Source: an uncultured Gemmatimonadota bacterium (GTDB lineage Bacteria > Gemmatimonadota > CAZMKB01). From it: 64,000 bases of DNA. Below are positions 47,716-57,184 of this stretch, piece by piece; the stretch's first letter is position 1, and the number at the start of each line of letters is the position of its first letter. Location of the stretch: the NCBI GenBank assembly GCA_964654825.1, contig CAZZKG010000003.1, positions 26,531 through 90,530 on the forward strand. Direction: 5' to 3'. The notes under the pieces are model-generated. The model ran no database searches and was not told the origin of the DNA. It saw nothing but the letters and a program-made list of their open reading frames with translations. Position numbers and translations under genes: made by a program.

Positions 47716-48623
47716 AAAATAAATTCTTTCCTGTTGTGATGATACCACTGCTCCTGGTCTCCGTCTTTACAGATGTCGGAGAGGGAATCGCTGAGGTGCG
47801 CCTGCAACTGAAGCCCGCGGCAATGCTCACGGCACCGGGAGCCAGGCTTTCTTCGGTCGCTTACTCCGATGTCTGGGATGAGATCTACGCCGTGGATATG
47901 CTTACCGGGGATATCCTGGTGAGCAAAATGAAATCTCTAAGGTTCGATAAGCTGGAAGTGCGAGGGGAGCTCAAAGCATACGCTCTCACCGTCGGGGATG
48001 AGGATTTTCTGTTCGTCACTGACCTCCGCGGGTCCGGCGTGACCAAGATCACACCCGCTGGGGATATCGTTACGAGAATCGATGTGGGCACGGAAGAGGC
48101 TCCCGGTACCTGTCTCGGCAGGATAAGGACAGGCCCTGAGGGCAGGATCTATGCCGTCGAGCGTTCCGGGGACAGGATTTTTATTTTTGATAACAAGCTC
48201 GAGTCCATGGAGATTGTTCACCTGGGATCCCCGTCCGACACCCTTACGGTCGTGGATCTGACATTCGGTGAAGGCGGGACGATTCTGGCTCTTTCTTCGA
48301 AAGGCCAGGTACTCCGGAAGTTCGATGGTTCTGGAACGTATCTGGGAGGGTTCGGGATCCACAGTACGGACAAGAGCGCATTCTCGCTGCCGAGTGCGAT
48401 CACAAGGGGACCTGATGGTAATCTCTGGATAGTCGACTCCTTCCAGCACACTGTAAAATTGTACTCACAGACTGGTGATTTTCTCTACGCTCTGCTCGAT
48501 ATGGCCGCGTCCGGGAAAGGTCTCTACTTCCCGGTGGACATCGTATTCATCTCGAGGGACCGGGTTGCCTTACTGGACAAGGGATCATCGAGTATAAAGT
48601 TCTTCGAGGTGGAAAGCTCCTGA
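47712..48623 (+). CDS. secreted NHL-repeat beta-propeller protein
   Basis: Overlaps the upstream stop by 4 bp. Blades IYAVDMLTGD, FLFVTDLRG, RIYAVERSGD, NLWIVDSFQH and RVALLDKG. Confidence 0.7.
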   Translation: MKNKFFPVVMIPLLLVSVFTDVGEGIAEVRLQLKPAAMLTAPGARLSSVAYSDVWDEIYAVDMLTGDILVSKMKSLRFDKLEVRGELKAYALTVGDEDFLFVTDLRGSGVTKITPAGDIVTRIDVGTEEAPGTCLGRIRTGPEGRIYAVERSGDRIFIFDNKLESMEIVHLGSPSDTLTVVDLTFGEGGTILALSSKGQVLRKFDGSGTYLGGFGIHSTDKSAFSLPSAITRGPDGNLWIVDSFQHTVKLYSQTGDFLYALLDMAASGKGLYFPVDIVFISRDRVALLDKGSSSIKFFEVESS

Positions 48624-48633
48624 CGGTGATCGT

Positions 48634-50730
48634 ATGACAGGATGGTTCGAAAGAAAAAGCGTTTATTTCGGCCTGGTACTCGTTCTTTCGGCGGGGAACC
48701 TGACCGCCGATGAACATCATGACAGTAATGAGATTCCATGCTCCGACTGTCACACCATGCATTACGGTGACGTCACGTTCGACAGAGAACCGCTGCGCCC
48801 AGGAGGTCCTTTCGAGCACCTCCTGCTGGCGCCGGAGGACGAACTCTGCCTCAGTTGCCACGATGGTACAGATCCCTCCGCTCCGAACGTTGTCTCAGGA
48901 GAAGGGGCGGAGTTGTCCGGAGGGTGGTTCACGCTGGGATCCGGTTCTGATGAGAACGGACATACACTGGGAAGCCGCGAGCTTCCACCGGGGTCGACAC
49001 GCGACCGAGTCGATACGCGATTGCGATGCATCTCCTGCCACGATCCGCACGGGAATAAATATTACCGGAATCTACGCCCGGCTCCCGGGGGAGGGGAAGG
49101 ACCCGGCCTGACATCCGGGAGAGAAACAGCCGGATCGAGTAACACGAGCGTGCTGATGCTGGATGCCTCGGGTGCCTCTAGGTATGCCCCGGAGAGTGTA
49201 CGGTTTCATGGATCGTTACAGACGGGTCAGGGCGCGCACATTTCTGCATGGTGCGGGGGCTGTCACACCATGATGCACGGCGATGGAGGAGATCCGGAAA
49301 TGGGTGGTTCGTTGTACGGGCACCGGGAAGCGAAGACTGTCTGGCTGCAGCATCCGGTAAAAGGTATCCCGATGTCTCTCTCCGTCAAAAACGGACACGA
49401 TGAGAACAGGGGCTGGTTCGAAGATTACGCTTCGAGACTCTCGGTTGCTTCTTCGGGAGAAGTCCCGGGCACTCCGGCTGCGAGCGACAACGAGATTACA
49501 TGCCTCACCTGCCACGCCGCCCACGGCAGCGGTTTTCGTTTCTCCCTCATTTACGACGACGCCGAAACAGTGCTCGAAAGAGACGGTCGGCGATTGAGTC
49601 AGAGCTGCCGGCAGTGCCACCGGTTCGGTCACGAGCCGTTTGAACACACTCTTCACGGTGATCCTGAGAACGGCGTCCAGAGGACAGGTTCACCCGACGA
49701 GCGGGGTGAGTGCAGTCAATGTCACATTATGCATGGCGCGGTCGAGAGCGGTGTTACAGGCGGTGAGGCGTTCCCCTATCTCCTCTTTACCGAAAACGGC
49801 AACAATCTCTGCTACGGAGGAGGCGATGCCGGAGGATGTCACCGTGACAGGCCGTTCAATTATCCGGCGCGGGAAAGCGATCGAATGCCGGAGTATGCGG
49901 ATAATCCCGGTTACTTCGAGTTCAACAACGGCGCCGTTCGCATTCCCGGGGTCAACAAACGCAACCGCTGGCCCGGAGAGCAGGCCTACGAGAACCCTCT
50001 GACGTACAAAGGCGGGAAGTTGTTCTCCCCGCACGCATTCGATCAGGACATGCCGATAGTGGATGAATCCGGACAGGGGGCCTGCCGGAACTGCCACGAT
50101 CCTCACGAGGGTGATGGATCACATGATCTTCTGGTGATGGAATACGGTCCGGTGAGCGGTGCCGGTGAAATCAAAGCCCCGGCAGCGTACGATCTCTGCC
50201 TGGGCTGTCATTCGTTCGAGGGGCCGGTGGGTATGGACATCGAGAACAAATGGATCCGTGACTACTATGATTCATCGATCAACGAGGATCTGACCACCGG
50301 CCACCAGATACGCTTCAATCCCCGTGTAGCCCTGTCATGGCCGAGCAACGTGGAGCTGGGGGACAAGTTGCCATGTTATGACTGTCACAACCCCCACGGT
50401 TCCTGGGGAAATGATGGAACGAATCCGAACGGTTATCTGATCAGCGATGAGAGGCCGGATTGGAGCGGCCTGACCGACACTCTGGATGATCCAGGACAGT
50501 CACGGAGATTCTGCCTCGGCTGCCACATCTCCTCTGATGGCGAAGCGGGTTCACGGTCAGTGGAAGGCATTATCATGAATACGATTTCGAGTCGAAAAGG
50601 CCACTTGTCCTCATCCGGGGCGTCGTGTCATACCTGTCATGGTGGTGATTATTCGACCTCCAACTCATTCAATGTGCATCACCCGGCTGGAGGTGCGGTT
50701 GCCATCGAGAAGGAAAAACAGATCCGTTAG
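48634..50730 (+). CDS. multiheme c-type cytochrome (12 CxxCH)
   Basis: Signal peptide. Twelve CxxCH motifs. The N-terminal CSDCHTMHYG...LCLSCHDG module is shared with the 6-haem and 7-haem cytochromes. Confidence 0.85.
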   Translation: MTGWFERKSVYFGLVLVLSAGNLTADEHHDSNEIPCSDCHTMHYGDVTFDREPLRPGGPFEHLLLAPEDELCLSCHDGTDPSAPNVVSGEGAELSGGWFTLGSGSDENGHTLGSRELPPGSTRDRVDTRLRCISCHDPHGNKYYRNLRPAPGGGEGPGLTSGRETAGSSNTSVLMLDASGASRYAPESVRFHGSLQTGQGAHISAWCGGCHTMMHGDGGDPEMGGSLYGHREAKTVWLQHPVKGIPMSLSVKNGHDENRGWFEDYASRLSVASSGEVPGTPAASDNEITCLTCHAAHGSGFRFSLIYDDAETVLERDGRRLSQSCRQCHRFGHEPFEHTLHGDPENGVQRTGSPDERGECSQCHIMHGAVESGVTGGEAFPYLLFTENGNNLCYGGGDAGGCHRDRPFNYPARESDRMPEYADNPGYFEFNNGAVRIPGVNKRNRWPGEQAYENPLTYKGGKLFSPHAFDQDMPIVDESGQGACRNCHDPHEGDGSHDLLVMEYGPVSGAGEIKAPAAYDLCLGCHSFEGPVGMDIENKWIRDYYDSSINEDLTTGHQIRFNPRVALSWPSNVELGDKLPCYDCHNPHGSWGNDGTNPNGYLISDERPDWSGLTDTLDDPGQSRRFCLGCHISSDGEAGSRSVEGIIMNTISSRKGHLSSSGASCHTCHGGDYSTSNSFNVHHPAGGAVAIEKEKQIR

Positions 50731-52360
50731 TACCGGGATCTGCCTGCTCTTCGCTCTGATCGCGGGATCGGGAGTATTAGGAAGAGCGAGCGGGCAGGCG
50801 AGATTGGGAGGAAGATTGAACCTGTTTTATCAGGAATCGAGGCTGGGAGACCTGTACTCCAGGAATTCCAACCAGAATCTGGATCTAACGATCTACGATG
50901 ATCTCTTTGCGAAGAACATGATTTCCCTGTCATATCTCATGGAACGAAAAACAGGATCCTCCCAGCCGCAGGATTTCCTGAGGCACAGGATCAGATCGAC
51001 CATCACCGGCAGAGCCTTCGTCTTTACTTCCGAGTATTCACCCCCTCACACGCTGAGGGGGACAATCGGGGAAACTTCTCAGAAATCGGACAGGAAGAGA
51101 TTCCTTCTGGGAGTGAATCCCGAGGATTACCCGGTATTCTCACTCTCCTACGACCGATCCGACCGCCACGGCGGAGCCGGCAATTTCAGAGTGGATTCTG
51201 TGAACGAGAACTCACTCGCTGCGACCAGTTATGACTACCGATTTGCCGGCGCACGCGCGACGTTCAGGGAGAGGAAGACCACCAACCACCTGGACACGGG
51301 TCTCAACCGAAGATTGAGTGAAGGCACCGGCGGCGTGACACTGGAAAGCAGGCTTGGCCCAATCGGGAGTTTCATGGCCAGCTATGACGGTCTGCTCTCA
51401 AAGGAAAAATTTGGGGGGAGGGACAGGGCCCGCGTGAGAATCGACAATGTGCGGGGACTCTTCTCTTCGAATCCTGCCAGGTGGCTCACTCTCTCGGCCA
51501 ACTTCCTCGGGTCAATCATTGACAGGGAAAACGAGACCGCCAACAGGACTCTATCGCAGGAGCTCTATACCGCGGCAACGTATCAGCCGAGGGAATACCT
51601 TCAGTTCCAGTTTGCGAGAGACATCAGGGAAACAGAAGAAGACGGCACGACGACACTCTCGGATTATGCGAGGGCCCAGAGTACGATTCAGGGTTATCTG
51701 AGGGACGGCATCCGGGGCAGAGCGTCGATCCAGAGGACATTCGTCATCAAAAGTGAAGAGGGAGCATTTCCGTCGAACGGTTATTTTTTCAACCTGGACA
51801 CCGACTTGATGCCCGGAGCGATACTGGCATTCGATCTCAATGTGACGAAGAGCGAGAATCCCAATGCACAGATCGGCACCTACCAGGTCAGAAAAGTGGT
51901 TGATCTGAGAGGCTTCCCGAGATCCGACCTGTCGATCAATTTCGCGTACCGGACCCTCCAGTTCGGCAACTCTCTCGATCTGCTCGGTTCGAAGACGTAC
52001 GATGTCGAATTAGATCTGAACTACCGGCCGAAACCGAGATTTTCAACAATTCTCACCCTCACCCGGAGCGTCGACAGGCGTGTGCTCGGTGGAGCGGGGT
52101 TGTTTCTGAGCTCCACGACGACATATTCACTGGCCGGTGGAAGTCACCTGAGCTTCATTTACATCCGCCGCGATGTGAGCGGTGCTATTATCCAGACTCC
52201 CGGCGTCAGTGCGCAGGGTACCTATCCCAATAACTATCTCCTCGAACTGGTGATCCTGATGGCACGGCAGACGAGGCTCAGCGTGAAATATGATATCAGG
52301 GATCTCTCCCAGGGCAGCATCAGCACCGTGCTGGGAATAACTTTCATCAAGAGGTTTTAA
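50672..52360 (+). CDS. putative outer-membrane beta-barrel protein (candidate porin partner of the cytochromes)
   Basis: Positively charged n-region followed by a hydrophobic signal segment (TGICLLFALIAGSGVLG). Alternating-polarity strands throughout. C-terminal ...GITFIKRF ending in aromatic Phe. Start uncertain. Overlaps the upstream cytochrome 3' end. Confidence 0.45.
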   Translation: MCITRLEVRLPSRRKNRSVSTGICLLFALIAGSGVLGRASGQARLGGRLNLFYQESRLGDLYSRNSNQNLDLTIYDDLFAKNMISLSYLMERKTGSSQPQDFLRHRIRSTITGRAFVFTSEYSPPHTLRGTIGETSQKSDRKRFLLGVNPEDYPVFSLSYDRSDRHGGAGNFRVDSVNENSLAATSYDYRFAGARATFRERKTTNHLDTGLNRRLSEGTGGVTLESRLGPIGSFMASYDGLLSKEKFGGRDRARVRIDNVRGLFSSNPARWLTLSANFLGSIIDRENETANRTLSQELYTAATYQPREYLQFQFARDIRETEEDGTTTLSDYARAQSTIQGYLRDGIRGRASIQRTFVIKSEEGAFPSNGYFFNLDTDLMPGAILAFDLNVTKSENPNAQIGTYQVRKVVDLRGFPRSDLSINFAYRTLQFGNSLDLLGSKTYDVELDLNYRPKPRFSTILTLTRSVDRRVLGGAGLFLSSTTTYSLAGGSHLSFIYIRRDVSGAIIQTPGVSAQGTYPNNYLLELVILMARQTRLSVKYDIRDLSQGSISTVLGITFIKRF

Positions 52361-52959
52361 TGGAGAGAATATTTTCGAAAATCGATTTGAGAGGCCTGAA
52401 AGTTGCAGTTTTTCTTGTACTTATCCTGTCAGTACAGCAGTGTGGAGGTCCCCGGAGGTTCGTGCACCCCGAGGCCGATGTCTCGTACTACGAGCGGCTT
52501 GGCCTGCTGTCGTTCGAGAACCTCGCCACTGACCGGGTCGCAGGTGAAAAAGTCACCAACGCGTTCCTCACGGAACTGTTGATCTCGAAGCGGTTCGAGG
52601 TCGTGGAGCCAGGCAGGGTCAACAGGGCCTCGAGAGAGCTCGGGCTTCCTTCTCCACTCATAGGCGGCGAGCTCACGCCCGAGGAGGTCAAGGAACTGGG
52701 TGAGCAACTCGGGGTCGAGGCGCTTTTGAGGGGTGTGGTTCGTGAATATGAGATGGTACGCATCGGGCAGACACAGTACCCGCTGGTCACCCTCGACATC
52801 GAATTGCTGGACGTAGCGACCGGGACCACCGTCTGGGTTATCAGTCATACGAAAAAGGGAGGTCCCAACCTGCCCTTCGTCAGTGTTGGAGAAACGTTCA
52901 CCCTTGGAGAACTGTTGCAGGAAATATGTCACGATATCGTATCGAAAATCCCGAAATAA
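52360..52959 (+). CDS. lipoprotein, LpoB/TolB-N-like fold (putative)
   Basis: Signal peptide with Cys (LSVQQCGG). Pattern LLSFENLATD...FEVVEP...LG..LGVEALLRGVVREYE resembles the LpoB/CsgG/TolB-N fold family. Paralogous to the next gene. Confidence 0.4.
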   Translation: MERIFSKIDLRGLKVAVFLVLILSVQQCGGPRRFVHPEADVSYYERLGLLSFENLATDRVAGEKVTNAFLTELLISKRFEVVEPGRVNRASRELGLPSPLIGGELTPEEVKELGEQLGVEALLRGVVREYEMVRIGQTQYPLVTLDIELLDVATGTTVWVISHTKKGGPNLPFVSVGETFTLGELLQEICHDIVSKIPK

Positions 52960-53555
52960 GACGAATCAGGTACCCGATCCTGATCTTCGCGCTCCTCTTG
53001 TTGATCTGTTCCGGTTGCGGACCGACACCGCGGACTTACCTGAACGATGATATCAATACACTTCAGGGGTACCGTGTAGCGCTCTTGCCACTCGACAACC
53101 TTAGTGGAGTGGACGGTGCCACCGAGAAGATCGATGAGCTTCTTCTCGTCGAGCTGCTGAGGACCGGCTCTTTCCAGGTCATCGAACCCGGGGAAGTCGA
53201 AAGGGTGCTCCTGGAACTGAGGATCCGGAGGACCTCCGAGCTTTCTCTGGAAGATATGACTGCGGTCTCCCAGCGGTTGAATGCGGATGCTCTCCTTGTG
53301 GGGTCGGTGCTCGAATACGGTAGAAAAGAATCGAGATCAATCGGCGGTGGACAGGTCCCCAGTATCACCATTGTACTCAGACTGGTGGATGTCAAAAACG
53401 GACAGGTCCGGTGGGCGTCCTCACACTCGAGGACCGGTGATGATGCGGAAAAGGTGTTTGGGATCGGGAGGATCAGGGATCACAGCAGACTCAGTAGAGA
53501 GATCGTCAAAGAGATGCTCGAATCATTAGAGCTGACAGTATCGGCACAGAAATGA
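52926..53555 (+). CDS. lipoprotein, LpoB/TolB-N-like fold (paralog)
   Basis: Lipobox-like LLICSGCG. VALLPLDNLSG...FQVIEPGEV...ADALLVGSVLEYG parallels the previous protein. Confidence 0.4.
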   Translation: MSRYRIENPEIRRIRYPILIFALLLLICSGCGPTPRTYLNDDINTLQGYRVALLPLDNLSGVDGATEKIDELLLVELLRTGSFQVIEPGEVERVLLELRIRRTSELSLEDMTAVSQRLNADALLVGSVLEYGRKESRSIGGGQVPSITIVLRLVDVKNGQVRWASSHSRTGDDAEKVFGIGRIRDHSRLSREIVKEMLESLELTVSAQK

Positions 53556-54022
53556 GGGTTGTTACTATGTCCAGGTTCGTGATGATTGTTTTCCTTCTCT
53601 GTTTGACAACAATGACGGGGTATTCGGATGTGCTGAGTGAAGAGACACCCCCCGCTGACCCCGGGTCGATTACCCTTCTGGCGAAGCACCGGCTCTACCC
53701 CGATTTTTCCGAACAACACACCGTCGCCATGAACCAGAGATTCGCCATATCCGATGAGGGGTACGAAGCGGTCATCACCAGGTATCTCCCTGATTTCGCC
53801 ATCCAGATCACCGATGAGGGGAAGAAGATATTCTCCAAATCGACAGAGGCCAACAATCCGGCATTCTGGATCGTCGTGTACAAGGACAGTGCGGCGGTAG
53901 ACAGTGTGTGGGCGTTTTCTGTCAGGGGAGCGCCTCATTTTTCGAGGAATTCATTCATATATTTCGAGATCCTCGAGTTCGATTCAGGGGACACCTCTGG
54001 TGAAACGGAGGAGGGGCAATGA
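53552..54022 (+). CDS. small secreted hypothetical protein
   Basis: Signal peptide. No recognised domain. Its 4-bp overlaps with both neighbours suggest translational coupling. Confidence 0.4.
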   Translation: MRVVTMSRFVMIVFLLCLTTMTGYSDVLSEETPPADPGSITLLAKHRLYPDFSEQHTVAMNQRFAISDEGYEAVITRYLPDFAIQITDEGKKIFSKSTEANNPAFWIVVYKDSAAVDSVWAFSVRGAPHFSRNSFIYFEILEFDSGDTSGETEEGQ

Positions 54023-57000
54023 GGAGAACGGGTTTCATTTTTGCAGTCATATTCTTCTCTCTCGCAGTTCTGATTCTTGCAGGGTCTCTCGAGGGCCGTA
54101 AAAAATGTTATGACTGTCACAAAGAAAAGAAGAGTGAGTTTCTGTCGCATCCGAACGTCCACAAACCCGTGAAGAATGAGGACTGCGAAGATTGCCATCG
54201 AAGGCACGGTTTCGCCCAGACCCTTCTGCTCAAACGTGAGGGCAGGGCGTTGTGCACGGAGTGCCATCCGGGCATCGAAGATGAATTGAGCAAGAATGTG
54301 ATACACGATCCGCTCGAGACCGGCCAGTGCAATGCATGTCATGATCCCCATGCCTCTGACGCGGATGCTCTCGTCCGAAGTGAGGATATCGCCGGTCTCT
54401 GTTTTACGTGCCATACCGAACTCGGATCGCCACCCGAGGGTAGCCGGATCCACAAACCCTTCGAGGAAGGTCGGTGCATGGATTGTCATCAACCACATTC
54501 CTCCGATGCCGAAGGACTGCTGGTCCAGGATGAGCCACAGCTCTGCTACGGCTGTCACGAAGAGGAGAAGATACTTAAAAAACAAGGCCACTCTATTCTC
54601 GCGGCCGGGATCGCCACCTGTACCGATTGTCACTCTCCTCATTTCTCACCGGTTAAATCATTGATCGACACTCACGCCCACGAGCCGTTCCGTAATTCGG
54701 AATGCGATATATGTCATATCGAAGAGGGAGGAAAATTCTCTTCCGAACTCGTGGAGGAAGTCCCCGGCCTCTGTATGATGTGTCACGATACCATCTCGGA
54801 GAAGATCGGACTGGCCGTACCTCATGCTCCGGTCGCATCAGGTGAATGTCTCATGTGCCATAATCCGCACAGGAGTGACAGAGAGAAGCTGCTCACCGAC
54901 AACCAGAAGATGCTCTGTGCAGAATGTCATGAAGAGGCTGCCGGGAGAGGAGGCGCACAATCGGTACACGATCCTTTCGAGACGGGCAATTGTACCGGAT
55001 GCCACGATCCTCACGGCTCCGACAACCAGGCTCTTCTCGATACATCCGGCAGGGAACTCTGTTCCACGTGTCATGCCGACCTTGTGGAGAAGCTGGATTC
55101 GGCACCACACAGTCATCCGCCGGCATCGGATCCGGGTTGTGAACACTGTCACCAACCGCATGACTCGAAGATGAAGCACCTTCTCACCGATTATCCAAAA
55201 AACCTCTGTTTCGAGTGTCACGAAGATGCGAGAGCTCAGGGGAGATTTTCCCTTCAGCATGTGCCCTTCGACGGGGGTGATTGTGGGGCATGTCACGAGC
55301 CTCACGCCTCCGAACAGGACGTTATGCTCAGACGGTCTCCCGAGGAATTATGCATCACGTGCCACGCCGACATAGCGGCAAGGGTGAATGCGACTCATCC
55401 ACATCCTCCTGTGATGGAAGGGGCCTGCCTGAGCTGTCATGTCCCTCATGCCGCTCAGGGTGATGAGCTTCTCGTCTCGGGCCAGAGTGAGATATGCGGC
55501 ACCTGTCATGACATGGGGCTGGAAGGAATAAGCCACGTTCATGGGGCGCTCGAGGAAGGGAAGTGCAGCGGCTGTCATGATCCTCACGGCGGTGAAACAG
55601 AGCATTTCCTGAAAGCCGAGGGGAAAGAGCTGTGTTACAGCTGTCACTCCGAATTCCGGAAAAAGGAAGAGGACCCAATCGTACATCAACCGGTGAAAGA
55701 CGGGGAGTGTAATAAATGTCATCTTCCTCACGGTTCTACGGTGAAATGGAATCTTGTTGATGAGGTCTCAGCCCTGTGCGGCAACTGCCATGATTTGAGC
55801 GACGAAGGAGCCGGGATGGCACACAGGGATCTGGATATGGAATCCTCCACCTGTACATCCTGTCATGATCCCCACAGTTCCGAGAAGGAGGGGCTTATTG
55901 CAAGGAATGTTCACGAACCATTCGAATCCGGTGTGTGTGAAGCCTGCCACGAATTCGACCCTGCTACGGGTCAGGCCGCGCTCACCGATGATCAGGTCGA
56001 GATCTGCACTGACTGTCACGAAGACATCCTCACCGGCACTCATATCCACAACGCAATCGAAGATGTCGGTTGTACGGCTTGCCACAGCCCACACGCTTCA
56101 TCGAGGGATTTCCTCCTGATCGACAACAGAAATTCCATATGCATAGAGTGCCATCCCGATCACTCGGCAGATCAGGAGTTCACATCGAGTCATCCCATGA
56201 TCACCCGCGGTGAGTGTGAGACATGTCACGTACCTCATTCCGCAGACAATAACAAATTACTCGTGTCGAATCAGCCGGGTCTCTGTTTCGAATGCCACGC
56301 GAGTGTCGAAGCTGATAAGAACTACAACATGCATGCCCCGTTCGCCGGAGGTATGTGCACGGATTGTCACAGTCCGCACACCTCTCAATCAGTGAAACTT
56401 CTGACTAATGACGTTCCCGGTCTCTGCCTGTCATGTCATGGAGGAGATATCCCTGGCCTCAGGAGAAAACACGGCGGTCACCATGTCGATGGGGGCAACT
56501 GCGCAGTGTGTCATGATGCTCACTGGACTCCGCCCGGTTCACAGTCGCTACTCTATCCGGTGGTTCATGAACCTCTCAATTCCGGATGTGACGTGTGTCA
56601 TCCGAGGGGTATCCTCGCCGGGACGGAGAAGCCGGAAGACCTGTGCCTCGGCTGCCATGACAGAATCGTAGAAGATACCGACAGATACGTGCATCAGGCT
56701 TTGCAGAAGAGAGGGGGGTGCACGAACTGCCATAATCCACACCGGGGGTACGGGAAGGAATTACTGAAAAAGGAAGGTGATGATATCTGCTTCACCTGCC
56801 ACGATGAAAAAAGTAAAACCGGAAGAAGAGTTGTACATGAACCAGTTCCTGACGGATGTCTCAATTGTCATTCAGCACACAGTGCGGGTGAAGAGTTCCT
56901 GCTCCCGTCGCCTGTGAACGAGCTCTGTGGTACCTGCCACGAGGCGGAGCTCCAGATGCACAGCCATCCGTCGGGAGGGAGTGCGAAGGATCCGAGGACC

Positions 57001-57126
57001 GGGGAAGCGCTCACCTGTGCGAGCTGTCATGACGCTCACTCGAGTGATGTGCAGACCCTGCTCCGTGCTGATCCGAAAAAGGAGCTGTGTCTGGGATGTC
57101 ACTACCTGGATAAAAATTTTCAGTAA
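54019..57126 (+). CDS. giant multiheme c-type cytochrome (~42 CxxCH in 1035 aa; c7/c3-like tandem di-haem repeats)
   Basis: Signal anchor. I count 42 CxxCH motifs. Most sit in repeating units of the form C..CH.PH.S......L....LC..CH, about one haem per 25 aa. Confidence 0.9.
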   Translation: MRRTGFIFAVIFFSLAVLILAGSLEGRKKCYDCHKEKKSEFLSHPNVHKPVKNEDCEDCHRRHGFAQTLLLKREGRALCTECHPGIEDELSKNVIHDPLETGQCNACHDPHASDADALVRSEDIAGLCFTCHTELGSPPEGSRIHKPFEEGRCMDCHQPHSSDAEGLLVQDEPQLCYGCHEEEKILKKQGHSILAAGIATCTDCHSPHFSPVKSLIDTHAHEPFRNSECDICHIEEGGKFSSELVEEVPGLCMMCHDTISEKIGLAVPHAPVASGECLMCHNPHRSDREKLLTDNQKMLCAECHEEAAGRGGAQSVHDPFETGNCTGCHDPHGSDNQALLDTSGRELCSTCHADLVEKLDSAPHSHPPASDPGCEHCHQPHDSKMKHLLTDYPKNLCFECHEDARAQGRFSLQHVPFDGGDCGACHEPHASEQDVMLRRSPEELCITCHADIAARVNATHPHPPVMEGACLSCHVPHAAQGDELLVSGQSEICGTCHDMGLEGISHVHGALEEGKCSGCHDPHGGETEHFLKAEGKELCYSCHSEFRKKEEDPIVHQPVKDGECNKCHLPHGSTVKWNLVDEVSALCGNCHDLSDEGAGMAHRDLDMESSTCTSCHDPHSSEKEGLIARNVHEPFESGVCEACHEFDPATGQAALTDDQVEICTDCHEDILTGTHIHNAIEDVGCTACHSPHASSRDFLLIDNRNSICIECHPDHSADQEFTSSHPMITRGECETCHVPHSADNNKLLVSNQPGLCFECHASVEADKNYNMHAPFAGGMCTDCHSPHTSQSVKLLTNDVPGLCLSCHGGDIPGLRRKHGGHHVDGGNCAVCHDAHWTPPGSQSLLYPVVHEPLNSGCDVCHPRGILAGTEKPEDLCLGCHDRIVEDTDRYVHQALQKRGGCTNCHNPHRGYGKELLKKEGDDICFTCHDEKSKTGRRVVHEPVPDGCLNCHSAHSAGEEFLLPSPVNELCGTCHEAELQMHSHPSGGSAKDPRTGEALTCASCHDAHSSDVQTLLRADPKKELCLGCHYLDKNFQ

Positions 57127-57184
57127 ACCGTTCTATCAGAGGAAAGAGTTTAACGAAACAGGGGGAGTAAGGAGAGAAGTCTGG

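Noticed and set aside
54838-55731. Several 100-155-aa ORFs antisense to or out of frame within the ~42-haem cytochrome gene
   Set aside because: The 42 regularly spaced CxxCH motifs define the correct frame.
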